This document shows positions 29,583 through 39,057 of a stretch of DNA of 64,000 nt, one piece after another. The notes under the pieces were generated by a model, which had not been told where the DNA came from, did no database searches, and saw nothing but the letters and a program-made list of their open reading frames with translations. The stretch's first letter is position 1, and each line of letters begins with the position of its first letter. The position numbers were made by a program, and so were the translations under genes. The stretch covers positions 18,172-82,171 of the forward strand of contig CAIVRE010000033.1 of NCBI GenBank assembly GCA_903908245.1, in the 5' to 3' direction. Source of the DNA: Candidatus Omnitrophota bacterium (GTDB lineage Bacteria > Omnitrophota > Gorgyraeia > Zapsychrales > Fredricksoniimonadaceae).

Positions 29583-30116
29583 ATTGAGGAGAGTTTTATC
29601 CAAAAACGTATTCGAATTAACGAACAGATCCGCGTACCTGAAGTCCGCGTGATCGGCCCTGAAGCGGAACAGCTGGGCGTAGTGACCATCGCACGTGCAC
29701 AGGAGCTTGCCGAACAGTTCGCGCTCGACCTGGTGGAAGTTGCCCCGACGGGAAAACCGCCGGTGTGCCGTATCATGGATTACACGAAATACAAGTACGA
29801 GCAGGAAAAAAAAGAACGTAAGGCGCGCCGGCATACGCATATTTCCCAGCTTAAACAGATCCGTATCAAGCCGCATATTGACGAGCACGACCTGGTCACG
29901 AAAATAAATCAGGGGCGTGCGTTTTTGGAGAAGAAGGACAGGGTCAGGGTCAACCTGTTCTTTTCGGGGCGTGAAATGGCATTCAAGGAGCAGGCCAGAG
30001 CGCTTTTAACGAAGTTTGTAACGGATACGGCCGATATCGCCCAGCTTGAGAAGGATGTCATTCTTGAGGGGCGTATCATGTCGATCATTATCGCGCCGAA
30101 AGCCGATACAAAATAA
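29583..30116 (+). CDS. infC: Translation initiation factor IF-3, probably using a non-canonical AUU start codon.
   Basis: ...IRINEQIRVPEVRVIGPEAEQLGVV...CRIMDYTKYKYEQEKK... The reading frame is open from 29556. ATT at 29583 lies 10 nt downstream of AGAGGGG. The ORF caller's GTG at 29649 would cut off the conserved N-terminus. Confidence 0.7.
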   Translation: MEESFIQKRIRINEQIRVPEVRVIGPEAEQLGVVTIARAQELAEQFALDLVEVAPTGKPPVCRIMDYTKYKYEQEKKERKARRHTHISQLKQIRIKPHIDEHDLVTKINQGRAFLEKKDRVRVNLFFSGREMAFKEQARALLTKFVTDTADIAQLEKDVILEGRIMSIIIAPKADTK

Positions 30117-30127
30117 AAAGGTGAATT

Positions 30128-30325
30128 ATGCCGAAATTAAAAACAAAAAAGGGCGTTGCCAAACGCTTTAAGATCACCAAGTCAGGTTTGGTCAAGAAGA
30201 AGAGCGGCAATCGCGGACACCTCCTGTCAAAGAGGTCGAGCAAACGCAAGCGCAGATTACGCAAGAGCGATTATCTGACGCCGGTGGAAGGCAAGAAGGT
30301 CAGGAGGATGATGCCGTATGGTTAG
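30128..30325 (+). CDS. rpmI: 50S ribosomal protein L35.
   Basis: 65 aa, MPKLKTKKGVAKRFKITKSG... Confidence 0.9.
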   Translation: MPKLKTKKGVAKRFKITKSGLVKKKSGNRGHLLSKRSSKRKRRLRKSDYLTPVEGKKVRRMMPYG

Positions 30326-30707
30326 AATCAAGAATTCCATTGCGCGCAAGAAGGGGCGTAAACGCGTCTTTCGCGCTACAAAAGGTTTTTACGGTCAGAA
30401 AAAGAACCGCTGGGGGCAGGCGATACGCGCGCTTATCAAGGCGCTGCGTTATCATACCAAGCACCGTAAGGCACGCGCGCGGGATTTTCGTCGTTTATGG
30501 ATCGCCCGTGTGAATGCAGCGAGTCAGATGGAAGGCCTTACGTACAGCCGCCTTATCCGCGGCCTTAAGGAAGCCAAGATCGAACTCAACCGCAAGATGC
30601 TCGCGGAGATCGCCATTAATGATCAGGCCACCTTCAACAAGATCGTCAGCGCTGCCAATAAAGCGTTGCCGGCGAATGTTACACGGAAGAAGGCCGACAA
30701 GAAGTGA
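30318..30707 (+). CDS. rplT: 50S ribosomal protein L20.
   Basis: 129 aa, MVRIKNSIARKKGRKRVFRATKGFYGQKKNRW... Confidence 0.9.
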   Translation: MVRIKNSIARKKGRKRVFRATKGFYGQKKNRWGQAIRALIKALRYHTKHRKARARDFRRLWIARVNAASQMEGLTYSRLIRGLKEAKIELNRKMLAEIAINDQATFNKIVSAANKALPANVTRKKADKK

Positions 30708-30731
30708 TCTTTGGGAAGAAGTTCCAGTAAA

Positions 30732-30762
30732 GGCCCTTGTGAAAACAAGGGCTTTTTCTTTG
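30732..30762 (+). terminator. Rho-independent terminator after rplT.
   Basis: AAAGGCCCTTG-tgaaaa-CAAGGGCTTTTTCTTT. Confidence 0.75.
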
Positions 30763-30784
30763 ACGTTATGATATAAGAGATGCT

Positions 30785-31798
30785 ATGCCTTGGGATATTG
30801 AGAAAATAAAAGCGGACGTTTCTTGGGATGTGCAGGCGGCGGGAACGCCGGATGCGCTGGAAGCGGTGCGCCTGAAATATCTTGGCAAGAAAGGCCTGGT
30901 GCCGGCAATGTACGCCGGGCTGGGGAGCGCCTCTTCCGATGAAAAGAAGGCTCTGGGTAAAGGGGCCAATGACATCAAGGTCCTGGCGGAAAATCTGATC
31001 ACGGAGCGCAAGGCGGCGTTATTGCTTTCGGCGAAGAAAGCCGATGCGCTGGATGTGACGATCCCGGGTGTACAGCGCGGGCTTGGCTCGCGGCATTTGC
31101 TGGACCAGACCGTGGAAGAGATCTGTGATGTTTTTAAGAACATGGGGTTTGTTATTCAGCGTGGCCCCGAGATCGAAAGCGAGTTCTATAATTTTTCCGC
31201 CTTGAATATTCCGCTCGACCATCCGTCGCGCGATTCCTTTGATACGTTTTATCTGGATGCCAAAGATCCGGCGGCTGCGGGCCGGTATTTGCTCCTGCGC
31301 AGCCACACATCGCCGGGGCAGGTGCGCGTGATGCAAAAGCATACGCCGCCGATGGCGGTGATCATTCCGGGCAAGGTTTACCGGCCGGATGCGGTCGACG
31401 CCAGCCATTCGTTCATGTTCCATCAGATCGAGGGTTTGCTGGTCGACAAGAATGTGACTTTCGCGGATCTCAAGGGTTTGCTGACGGCGTTTTGCAGAAA
31501 ATATTTCGGGGAGGATGTGAAGATGCGGTTCCGTCCGCATTTTTTCCCGTTCACGGAGCCATCGGCGGAGGTGGATATCCAGTCGAATATTTTTAAAGGC
31601 CGGGCGGGCAAGTGGCTTGAGATCCTGGGTTGCGGGATGGTGCATCCCAAGGTGTTCGAGGCCGCGGGTTATCCGGCGGGCGAGCATTCGGGTTTTGCGT
31701 TCGGGATGGGCGTGGAACGGATCGCCATGCTCAAGCATGGCATCGGGGATATCCGGACATTTGTTGAGAATGACGTGCGGTTCCTGAAACAATTTTAA
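30785..31798 (+). CDS. pheS: Phenylalanine--tRNA ligase alpha subunit.
   Basis: 337 aa with class II motifs ...FRPHFFPFTEPSAEVD... and GMGVERIAMLKHGI.DIR. Confidence 0.9.
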   Translation: MPWDIEKIKADVSWDVQAAGTPDALEAVRLKYLGKKGLVPAMYAGLGSASSDEKKALGKGANDIKVLAENLITERKAALLLSAKKADALDVTIPGVQRGLGSRHLLDQTVEEICDVFKNMGFVIQRGPEIESEFYNFSALNIPLDHPSRDSFDTFYLDAKDPAAAGRYLLLRSHTSPGQVRVMQKHTPPMAVIIPGKVYRPDAVDASHSFMFHQIEGLLVDKNVTFADLKGLLTAFCRKYFGEDVKMRFRPHFFPFTEPSAEVDIQSNIFKGRAGKWLEILGCGMVHPKVFEAAGYPAGEHSGFAFGMGVERIAMLKHGIGDIRTFVENDVRFLKQF

Positions 31799-31852
31799 TG
31801 TTGTTTTGGGCGAGGCGCCGCCTCGCCCCTACTCGCATGTACGAGTGTAGGG

Positions 31853-31883
31853 GCGACCCGATGGGTCGCCCGGTGATTAAACG
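31853..31883. repeat. Small GC-rich hairpin repeat, copy 2 of 3.
   Basis: TGTAGGGGCGACCCGATGGGTCGCCCGGTGA, a perfect 9-bp stem. It is preceded by two further hairpins (GGGCGAGGCG/CGCCTCGCCC and CCCCTACTCG...CGAGTGTAGGGG). Confidence 0.6.
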
Positions 31884-31894
31884 ATACGGATCTT

Positions 31895-33916
31895 ATGAAA
31901 TTAAGTTTAAATTGGCTCAATCAGTATATTGATCACGGCCTCACGGCTGATGAACTTTCTTTCCGCCTTACTATGGCGGGGCTGGAGGTCGAGCATGTCG
32001 AGAAGGCGGGCAATGATACGGTCTTTGAGATCGAGGTCACGCCCAACCGGCCCGATTGTTTAAGCATGCTCGGGCTCGCGCGCGAAGTGTCGGCGATCGT
32101 GGACAAGGAACTGAAGGTTCCGGTTGTCGGTGTATATGCCGATTCCGCGTCCGTTGATATTTCGATCGAGAATGCGGCGGACTGTGCTCGTTATATTGGA
32201 ACGCGCATTGACGGGATATCGGTCAGGCCGTTCGCGGCGGATAAAAGCCTTTTTCTGCAGGCGTTCGGCAATAAGCCGATATCGAATATTGTCGACATCA
32301 CGAATTTTGTCCTTTTTGAATTCGGCCAGCCGTTGCATGCGTTCGATCACGACAAGCTTGAGGGCGAAAAGATCATTGTGCGCCGGGCAAGGAAGGGCGA
32401 GAAGATCATAACGCTGGACGATGTGGAGCGTACGCTTGATGAAAGCATCCTGGTCATTGCCGACGCCCGAAAGCCGGTGGCCATTGCGGGGATCATGGGC
32501 GGACGCGATACCGGGGTCACGGCCTCAACGAAGCGGGTCCTGCTGGAATCGGCATCCTTTGATCTTGGGATCATTCGCCGGGCGTCGCGCAAACTGGGGT
32601 TAACGAGCGATTCCTGTTATCGTTTTGAGCGTGGCATTGCCTGGAGAACGGCGGAAGCGGCTTCCAACCGTGCGACGGACCTTATCCTGGAGCTGGCGGG
32701 CGGAACTGTTGTCGGCCGCCGGGATGTGGTGGCCAAAGAGCCTGCATCCCAACGGACGCCAGTGGTCGTTTCTGTTAATGATATTCAGAAATTGCTCGGA
32801 GCGCCGCTGGACCTTGTGCGCGCGGAAAAAATATTAAAACGCCTCGGCTGTGTTGTGGCGGCGGCAGAAAAGGCCATTACTGTTATTCCTCCGTATTTCC
32901 GTAATGATATCCAGATCAAGGAAGATGTTATAGAAGAGGTGGCGCGTATTGTCGGATATGACAATCTACCGATGACCCTTCCCCAGGTTCCCGCGGTGAA
33001 TATTGTGGTTGACCAGGAAAAAGAGACGTTTCATTCGCGGTTGACCGATTGTTTTGTCGGCCTGGGGTATAATCAGGTTGTGACGTATGCGTTGGTGGGC
33101 AGTGCCGCGCTGGCCAAAACAAATTATCAGGGCCCGGTGATCAAATTGCAGAATGCAATGTCGGCCGAGCAGGAGTTGATGCGCCCGACCGCTTTGCCGA
33201 ACATGCTTGTTGTTGCGGCGGCGAACATGAATCGCGGGCAGCGGGACCTCAAGTTGTTCGAGATCGGGAAAAAATATTTACCCGGCGGGGAGCGCTGGAT
33301 ATTGTCTGTTCTTGTCAGTGGCCGCAGGGACCCGGATTGGCGTGCGCCCAAACGCCAGGCGCTGGATCTTTTTGATATCAAGGGCGCGGTGGAAGAGTCG
33401 TTTGGCCGGTTGCGTGTTAAAAATTGTGTTTTTACCCAGGCGCAAGATGCGGCGTTCGATCTTGGCCAGTCAGCGGCCGTGATGATCGATGGTAAAGCTG
33501 CCGGCAAGGCCGGCAAGGTTGCCGATGATATCCTGGGGAAATTCGATATCAAGAAGGCCGCGGTGTATTTTGCGGAGATCGATATTGAGATCGCCTGTGA
33601 TGCGGTTGTTCCCCGGCCGAAGTTTGCCGCTATTGATGAGTTCCCGGCCATGGTGCGTGATATATCGTTGGCGGTCAAGGAGGGTTCTTTTGATGCGATC
33701 AAAACGCTTTGCCTGGAGAACGGGCAGGGGGTGCTTAAAAGAATTGACTTTGTTGAACTGTATTGTGGTGATAAGCTTGAAGCAGGTCATAAGGGGTACG
33801 TTCTTTCGATGTTGTATCAGTCTTCCGAACGGACCCTGACCGATGATGAGGTCAATGGCCTGCATGAAATTATCGTTGCGAAGCTGATCGAGAAGTTGGG
33901 AGTGAAGCGGCGCTAG
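31895..33916 (+). CDS. pheT: Phenylalanine--tRNA ligase beta subunit.
   Basis: 673 aa with N-terminal tRNA-binding, B3/B4, B5 and C-terminal FDX-ACB-like regions (...ITNFVLFEFGQPLHAFD...). Confidence 0.85.
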   Translation: MKLSLNWLNQYIDHGLTADELSFRLTMAGLEVEHVEKAGNDTVFEIEVTPNRPDCLSMLGLAREVSAIVDKELKVPVVGVYADSASVDISIENAADCARYIGTRIDGISVRPFAADKSLFLQAFGNKPISNIVDITNFVLFEFGQPLHAFDHDKLEGEKIIVRRARKGEKIITLDDVERTLDESILVIADARKPVAIAGIMGGRDTGVTASTKRVLLESASFDLGIIRRASRKLGLTSDSCYRFERGIAWRTAEAASNRATDLILELAGGTVVGRRDVVAKEPASQRTPVVVSVNDIQKLLGAPLDLVRAEKILKRLGCVVAAAEKAITVIPPYFRNDIQIKEDVIEEVARIVGYDNLPMTLPQVPAVNIVVDQEKETFHSRLTDCFVGLGYNQVVTYALVGSAALAKTNYQGPVIKLQNAMSAEQELMRPTALPNMLVVAAANMNRGQRDLKLFEIGKKYLPGGERWILSVLVSGRRDPDWRAPKRQALDLFDIKGAVEESFGRLRVKNCVFTQAQDAAFDLGQSAAVMIDGKAAGKAGKVADDILGKFDIKKAAVYFAEIDIEIACDAVVPRPKFAAIDEFPAMVRDISLAVKEGSFDAIKTLCLENGQGVLKRIDFVELYCGDKLEAGHKGYVLSMLYQSSERTLTDDEVNGLHEIIVAKLIEKLGVKRR

Positions 33917-33933
33917 GGTGCGGTTGATGGTTT

Positions 33934-33964
33934 TGTAGGGGCCGAGCTTGTCTCGGCCCGGCGA
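33934..33964. repeat. Small GC-rich hairpin repeat, copy 3 of 3 (variant stem).
   Basis: TGTAGGGGCCGAGCTTGTCTCGGCCCGGCGA has the same TGTAGGGGC and GCCCGG.GA flanks but a different internal stem (CCGAG/CTCGG). Confidence 0.5.
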
Positions 33965-34117
33965 ATAGACGATTTTTCTGCTGTGCTCGTCAGGGGGTTT
34001 GTAATATTGAACCAATACAATATTACAGGGGATCGTTGTCTATCTGGCTCGTGGGCCAATAGCTTTTCCCCACCTGTTAAGCAGGTTCGATACGCGGACT
34101 TCCAACGGCATAAGCGG

Positions 34118-34152
34118 AATTTGTTTAAACCCGTGTAGTTAATTCTACACGG
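34118..34152 (+). terminator. Rho-independent terminator about 200 nt downstream of pheT.
   Basis: AAACCCGTGTAG-ttaatt-CTACACGGGCTTTTT. Confidence 0.75.
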
Positions 34153-34180
34153 GCTTTTTAATTGTTGCGGAGTTTTCGGG

Positions 34181-35482
34181 ATGGAACTTTTTGACAAGAA
34201 TGATACAAGCCACAGTCCGTTGTCGGCGCGCATGCGCCCCAGGACGCTGGAAGAATATTGCGGCCAGGAGCATATTCTTGGAGAGGGCAAGTTGCTTACG
34301 CGGTCTATTGAGGCGGACCGTCTTAATTCGCTGATCTTTTATGGGCCGCCGGGGTCCGGCAAGACCACGTTGGCGCTTTGCATCAGCGCGCGCACGAAAG
34401 CCGCGTTTGATAGCATTAATGCTGTTATGTCGAATGTGGAAGAAATGCGCCGCCTGATCGCGGGCGCTAAAAACCGCCTGGCGTCATCGGGCCAGCGCAC
34501 TATTCTTTTTATTGACGAGATCCATCGGTTCAATAAAGCCCAGCAAGACGTGTTGATGCCGGATGTGGAGAGCGGCACCATTATTCTGATCGGCGCCACG
34601 ACCATGAATCCGTTCTTTTCGCTGGTGTCCCCGTTGTTGTCCCGCTCCCTGGTTTTTGAACTCAAGCCTTTAACAAAACAAAATTTGCTGACATTGCTTG
34701 AGCGCGCGCTGCTGGACAAGGAGCGCGGGCTTGGTAATGTGCCGGTGAAAGCCGATCCCAAGGCATTGGCTTTTCTTGCGGAAATTTCAGATGGCGATGC
34801 GCGCCGCGCGCTCAATGCGCTGGATGTGGCCGCGCTTACCACACCGAAAGCGAAAGACGGGTTCGTTCATATTACGCCCGAGGTCGCGGAAGAGTCCATT
34901 CAGAAAAAGATCGTGCAATATGATGCGGATGGCGATGCGCATTATGATACGGCGTCGGCTTTTATCAAGTCCATGCGCGGGTCTGATCCTGATGCGGCGC
35001 TTTATTGGATGGCCAAGATGATCTATGCCGGGGAAGACCCCCGGTTCATTGCGCGGCGTATTATTATTTGTGCGTCCGAAGATGTGGGCAATGCCGACCC
35101 CAACGCGCTGGTTGTCGCGGCGGCGGCTTTGCAGTCCGCGGAGTTTGTGGGTTTGCCGGAAGCGCGGATCCCCCTGGCGCAAGCCGCGGTGTATGTGGCC
35201 TGCGCGCCGAAATCCAACGCGGCATATCTGGGGATCGATAAAGCCCTGGAAGATGTCCGCACCAAAAAGGCGGGCAATGTTCCCAAGCATTTGAAGGATG
35301 CCTCGTATAGCGGTGCTGCCAAATTGGGCAATGGCGAAGGGTATAAATATGCCCATGATTATCCCAATCATTATGTTCCCCAGCAGTACATGCCTTTTGA
35401 AGCTTCGTATTACCAGCCGACCGAACAGGGTTACGAGAAAAAGATCAAAGAGCGTATGGAGCAGTTGAAAAAGCGAGTGTAA
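34181..35482 (+). CDS. rarA: Replication-associated recombination protein A (RarA/MgsA AAA+ ATPase).
   Basis: 433 aa, ...LIFYGPPGSGKTTLA...ILFIDEIHRFNK.QQD.LLP..E.G...LIGATTENP... Confidence 0.9.
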   Translation: MELFDKNDTSHSPLSARMRPRTLEEYCGQEHILGEGKLLTRSIEADRLNSLIFYGPPGSGKTTLALCISARTKAAFDSINAVMSNVEEMRRLIAGAKNRLASSGQRTILFIDEIHRFNKAQQDVLMPDVESGTIILIGATTMNPFFSLVSPLLSRSLVFELKPLTKQNLLTLLERALLDKERGLGNVPVKADPKALAFLAEISDGDARRALNALDVAALTTPKAKDGFVHITPEVAEESIQKKIVQYDADGDAHYDTASAFIKSMRGSDPDAALYWMAKMIYAGEDPRFIARRIIICASEDVGNADPNALVVAAAALQSAEFVGLPEARIPLAQAAVYVACAPKSNAAYLGIDKALEDVRTKKAGNVPKHLKDASYSGAAKLGNGEGYKYAHDYPNHYVPQQYMPFEASYYQPTEQGYEKKIKERMEQLKKRV

Positions 35483-35493
35483 GTACGCATAAG

Positions 35494-35600
35494 CGAGCGG
35501 GTGACACCGAAGGCGGGTACCCTATTTTCTAAAATGGATTAGGGTCCCATTTTAAAAATAGGGTGCCGCAGGTGGCATGACCCGCGAGCGAATAGCGTAC
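35494..35600. repeat. 107-nt nested imperfect palindrome directly after the rarA stop.
   Basis: The outer arms GTACGCATAAGCGAGCGGGT and ACCCGCGAGCGAATAGCGTAC are near reverse complements. The inner arms ACCCTATTTT and AAAATAGGGT, and AAAATGG and CCATTTT, enclose an asymmetric centre. Confidence 0.55.
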
Positions 35601-35721
35601 TTGAAGATCGGGCAACAAGGGACATTTCTATTTTTTCGGGACAGTTGCTGAATTTTCATTTGAGCAAATAAAGTAATAGTGCTATTATCTTTATGCTTTT
35701 AATGAGGTAAAATACACAGAA

Positions 35722-36285
35722 ATGGCCGTTCAAACAATTAAACAAGCGATCCGTCAGAAGATCCTTGATCTTATACATCATCAAACGGAGGAAGACGCCT
35801 GTCGTAAAAGTCAGGCAATTTTCACTAAGCTATTGGAATTAAAGGTTTTTCAAAAAGCTAACACCATTTTGTTCTATTGTTCGTTCAACGGGGAAGTCAA
35901 TACATTCCCCATGATGGAAAAGGCGATAGGGCTTAAGAAGCGAGTGGCAGTTCCGTTCATCAAAAAAGAAACCAAGCAGATCATTGTAATGCTTATTGAG
36001 TCGATTGAAGAATTAGTTCCAGGGTCTTACGGTATACCGGAGCCGCGCTATGATGCCGCGCGAGTGCTTCGTTCCGCAGACCTTGACCTGGCGCTGGTCC
36101 CCGGAGTGGCTTTTGATAAAGCCAACAACCGGCTTGGCCGCGGCGCGGGGTATTACGACCGGTTTCTTTCCGAACTGCCTTCCACTATCCCGACTGTCGG
36201 TCTGGTTTATGATTTTCAGCTGGTATCCGATATTCCGGGTCTTGAGCCGCATGATCGCCCCGTAACACAAGTTTTAACCAATTAA
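35722..36285 (+). CDS. 5-formyltetrahydrofolate cyclo-ligase.
   Basis: 187 aa, ...DLALVPGVAFDK.NNRLGRGAGYYDRFL... Confidence 0.75.
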   Translation: MAVQTIKQAIRQKILDLIHHQTEEDACRKSQAIFTKLLELKVFQKANTILFYCSFNGEVNTFPMMEKAIGLKKRVAVPFIKKETKQIIVMLIESIEELVPGSYGIPEPRYDAARVLRSADLDLALVPGVAFDKANNRLGRGAGYYDRFLSELPSTIPTVGLVYDFQLVSDIPGLEPHDRPVTQVLTN

Positions 36286-36318
36286 TCGTTAATCGCGCTG
36301 TTTACAAGGGGGATTTAA

Positions 36319-37881
36319 ATGTCAGCATTAGCCGTTTTTCTTATTTTTATCGCGGCCGGAGGATCGTTCGCGCTGGGGTATGTTGTTAATCGGGCTGTCA
36401 AGGGCAAGAAGAGCAAGGATATCGAAAAGGAAGCCGAAGCCATCCGTGAAATGGCGCGCCGTGAGGCCGAGACCATCAAGAAAGAGGCGGAGCTGCAGGC
36501 CAAGGACACTTTGCTCAAGCTGCGGCAGGATTTTGAACAGGATAACAAGACCCGCCGTGAAGAGCTGGCGGTATCCGAGAAGCGCATTTTGGTCAAGGAA
36601 GAGAATGTCGAGAAGCGCCTGAATCTTTTGGACAATAAAGAGAAGGATATTACCTCGCGCCAGGATGTGGTGAGGGCCAAGGAAGCGGAAGTGGCGGGTA
36701 AAGGCGAAGAGCTTGGCAAGATGATCGCGCAGGAAAAAGAAGTGCTTTATAAAGTGTCGAATTTGACCCGCGATGAGGCCAAGCACATGCTGCTGACCCG
36801 TGTTGAGACCGAGCTTGTCCATGAGAAAGCGACACGTATCCGCCAGATGGAAGAAGAGATCAAGGAATCGGCCGACAAGAAGAGCCGCGAGGTCCTTTCG
36901 ATCGCGATCCAGCGTTGTGCCTCCGATCACGCGGCCGAGACCACCATCAGCGTGGTGCATCTGCCGTCCGATGAAATGAAGGGGCGTATCATTGGGCGTG
37001 AAGGGCGCAATATTCGCGCGCTGGAACAGGCAACGGGCGTGGATATCATTATTGACGATACTCCGGAAGCCGTGACCATTTCCGGGTTTGATATGGTGCG
37101 CCGCGAGATCGCGCGCATGGCGCTCGAAAGCCTTATTTCAGACGGGCGTATCCATCCCGGGCGTATTGAGGAAGTGGTGGAGAAGGCCAAGAAAGACCTG
37201 GACATCAAGATCAAGGAAGCCGGCGAGACCGCGTGTTTTGAGCTGGGGATCCACAATATGCATCCCGAGCTTGTCAAGCTGGTGGGCCGTTTGAAATACC
37301 GCACTAGTTTCGGGCAGAACGCGCTTACCCACACGAAAGAAGTGGCGCGCGTGATGGGCATTATCGCGCATCAGCTTGGGTTGGACCCTGCGATCGCCAA
37401 GCGCGGCGGATTGCTGCACGATATCGGCAAGGTTGTTTCGGACGATATTGAAGAAGGCACGCATGCTGTGGTGGGGGGGCGTCTGGCGCGGAAATACGGG
37501 GAATCTGAAGTGGTGGCCAATGCGGTTGAGTCGCATCATAATGAGGTGCAGAACAATTCGATCTATGGCGTGCTGGTGTGTATTGCGGATACGGTGAGCG
37601 CTTCCCGTCCGGGTGCGCGCGCGGAATCGCTGGAAACATATATCAAGCGCCTGGAGGGCCTGGAGAAGATCGCAAATTCTTTCAAAGGGATCGACAAGGC
37701 GTATGCGCTGCAGGCCGGGCGTGAGATCCGGGTCATGGTCGATCCGTCCAAACTCAACGATGATGAGGCCGTGGTCCTTTCGCGCGATATCCGCAACAAG
37801 ATCGAGGCGGAAATGGAATATCCCGGCCAGATCAAGGTTCTGGTCGTCCGTGAAACCAGGGCCATTGAGTACGCAAAATAA
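36319..37881 (+). CDS. rny: Ribonuclease Y.
   Basis: 520 aa with an N-terminal TM helix, a coiled-coil, a KH domain (GRIIGREGRNIRALEQATGVDIIIDDTPE) and an HD domain (...HSLEVA...GLLHDIGK...). Confidence 0.9.
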   Translation: MSALAVFLIFIAAGGSFALGYVVNRAVKGKKSKDIEKEAEAIREMARREAETIKKEAELQAKDTLLKLRQDFEQDNKTRREELAVSEKRILVKEENVEKRLNLLDNKEKDITSRQDVVRAKEAEVAGKGEELGKMIAQEKEVLYKVSNLTRDEAKHMLLTRVETELVHEKATRIRQMEEEIKESADKKSREVLSIAIQRCASDHAAETTISVVHLPSDEMKGRIIGREGRNIRALEQATGVDIIIDDTPEAVTISGFDMVRREIARMALESLISDGRIHPGRIEEVVEKAKKDLDIKIKEAGETACFELGIHNMHPELVKLVGRLKYRTSFGQNALTHTKEVARVMGIIAHQLGLDPAIAKRGGLLHDIGKVVSDDIEEGTHAVVGGRLARKYGESEVVANAVESHHNEVQNNSIYGVLVCIADTVSASRPGARAESLETYIKRLEGLEKIANSFKGIDKAYALQAGREIRVMVDPSKLNDDEAVVLSRDIRNKIEAEMEYPGQIKVLVVRETRAIEYAK

Positions 37882-38663
37882 TGAAGATCCTGTTCGTGGG
37901 TGATATTGTTGGCGAACCCGGGCGAGTGGTCTTTGGCAAGGCCGCGGCATTGATGAAGGCCCGGGGGGAAGTGGATATGATCATTGCCAACGCCGAGAAT
38001 GTGGCCGGGGGCAGCGGGATCACGGACAAGATCGCGCGCGAGATCTTTGCCGCGGGCTGTGATGTCATTACGCTGGGCGATCATGTTTGGGACAAGCGCG
38101 ATGTTTTTCCGTATCTTAACAGTGAAGCGCGGGTGATCCGCCCGGCGAATTTTCCGGCGGAAGCGCCCGGGCATGGTTCGTGTGTTATTACAACGCCTTC
38201 AGGGGTCAGAGTGGGCGTGATCGTTCTTTTGGGGCGCACGTTCATGAAATATTTGACCGACTGCCCTTTTCATGCGCTGGACCGCGAGGTGCAGAAAATG
38301 AAAGCCGACGGGGTCAAGACGGTCCTGGTGGACATGCATGCCGAGGCGACCAGCGAGAAGGTGGCGATGGGGGTTTATGCGGATGGCCGTGTGAGCGCGG
38401 TCCTGGGGACGCATACGCATATCCAGACGGCGGATGAACAGATCCTTTCCGGCGGCACCGCGTATATTACCGATACCGGAATGACGGGCCCGTATGATTC
38501 CGTGATCGGCACGCAAAAGGAATTGATCGTTGCGCGTTATCTGACAGGATTGCCGAATAAATTCGAGGTTGCCAAAGGCCCCGGTACATTGTGCGGGGTC
38601 ATTGTTGATATTGATGACGCCACCGGGAGGGCGTGCGCCATTACGCGTGTTCAAAAGAACTGA
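37881..38663 (+). CDS. ymdB: YmdB-family metallophosphoesterase (TIGR00282; 2',3'-cyclic-nucleotide phosphodiesterase).
   Basis: 260 aa, MKILFVGDIVGEPGR...IANAENVAGG.GIT...GDHVWDK... with the conserved rny-ymdB pairing. Confidence 0.8.
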   Translation: MKILFVGDIVGEPGRVVFGKAAALMKARGEVDMIIANAENVAGGSGITDKIAREIFAAGCDVITLGDHVWDKRDVFPYLNSEARVIRPANFPAEAPGHGSCVITTPSGVRVGVIVLLGRTFMKYLTDCPFHALDREVQKMKADGVKTVLVDMHAEATSEKVAMGVYADGRVSAVLGTHTHIQTADEQILSGGTAYITDTGMTGPYDSVIGTQKELIVARYLTGLPNKFEVAKGPGTLCGVIVDIDDATGRACAITRVQKN

Positions 38664-38673
38664 GGGAGGTCTT

Positions 38674-39057
38674 ATGTCCTGGGAAGGTTTGAATCGTAGG
38701 CGGTTCCCGAGAGCGAAGTTCCCGTGCCTTGTCAAGATCATGATCAATGGCTCGGCGGTGGATGCGATCCTGGCGCATACGGAAAACATCAGTACCGGCG
38801 GTGTTTGTGTGATCCTCAAGAAGGGCCTGGAGCGTTTTTCTGCCGTGGATATTGAGATCGACCTGCTGGATGCCGAGGACCATATTGCCTGCCGCGGGAA
38901 AGTGGTCTGGAGCGTGCGCCGCAAGGCCACGGATCCTTTGAAGCCTTCTTGTTATGATACCGGGATCGAGTATGTGGATATTAAGAACGAGGTCCGTCAG
39001 CGGATCGAGCGTGTCGTGGAGTATATTGTGAAAAACGAAAACAAGGCAAAATTATGA
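38674..39057 (+). CDS. Stand-alone PilZ-domain protein (c-di-GMP receptor candidate).
   Basis: Starts MSWEGLNRRRFPRAKFPCLV... (RxxxR motif) and contains ...ENISTGGVCV (D/NxSxGG). RBS GAGGGAGG precedes the ATG at 38674. The ORF caller's upstream extension (to 38569) overlaps ymdB. Confidence 0.65.
   Translation: MSWEGLNRRRFPRAKFPCLVKIMINGSAVDAILAHTENISTGGVCVILKKGLERFSAVDIEIDLLDAEDHIACRGKVVWSVRRKATDPLKPSCYDTGIEYVDIKNEVRQRIERVVEYIVKNENKAKL

Noticed and set aside
33917-34180. SRP RNA, RNase P RNA or tmRNA in the pheT-rarA spacer.
   Set aside because: Conserved signature strings (the SRP domain IV GGAAG...AGCAG motif, the RNase P AGGGUGAAA/GGAAAGUCCGG motifs, the tmRNA 5' GGGG...3' tRNA-Ala-like end) are absent.
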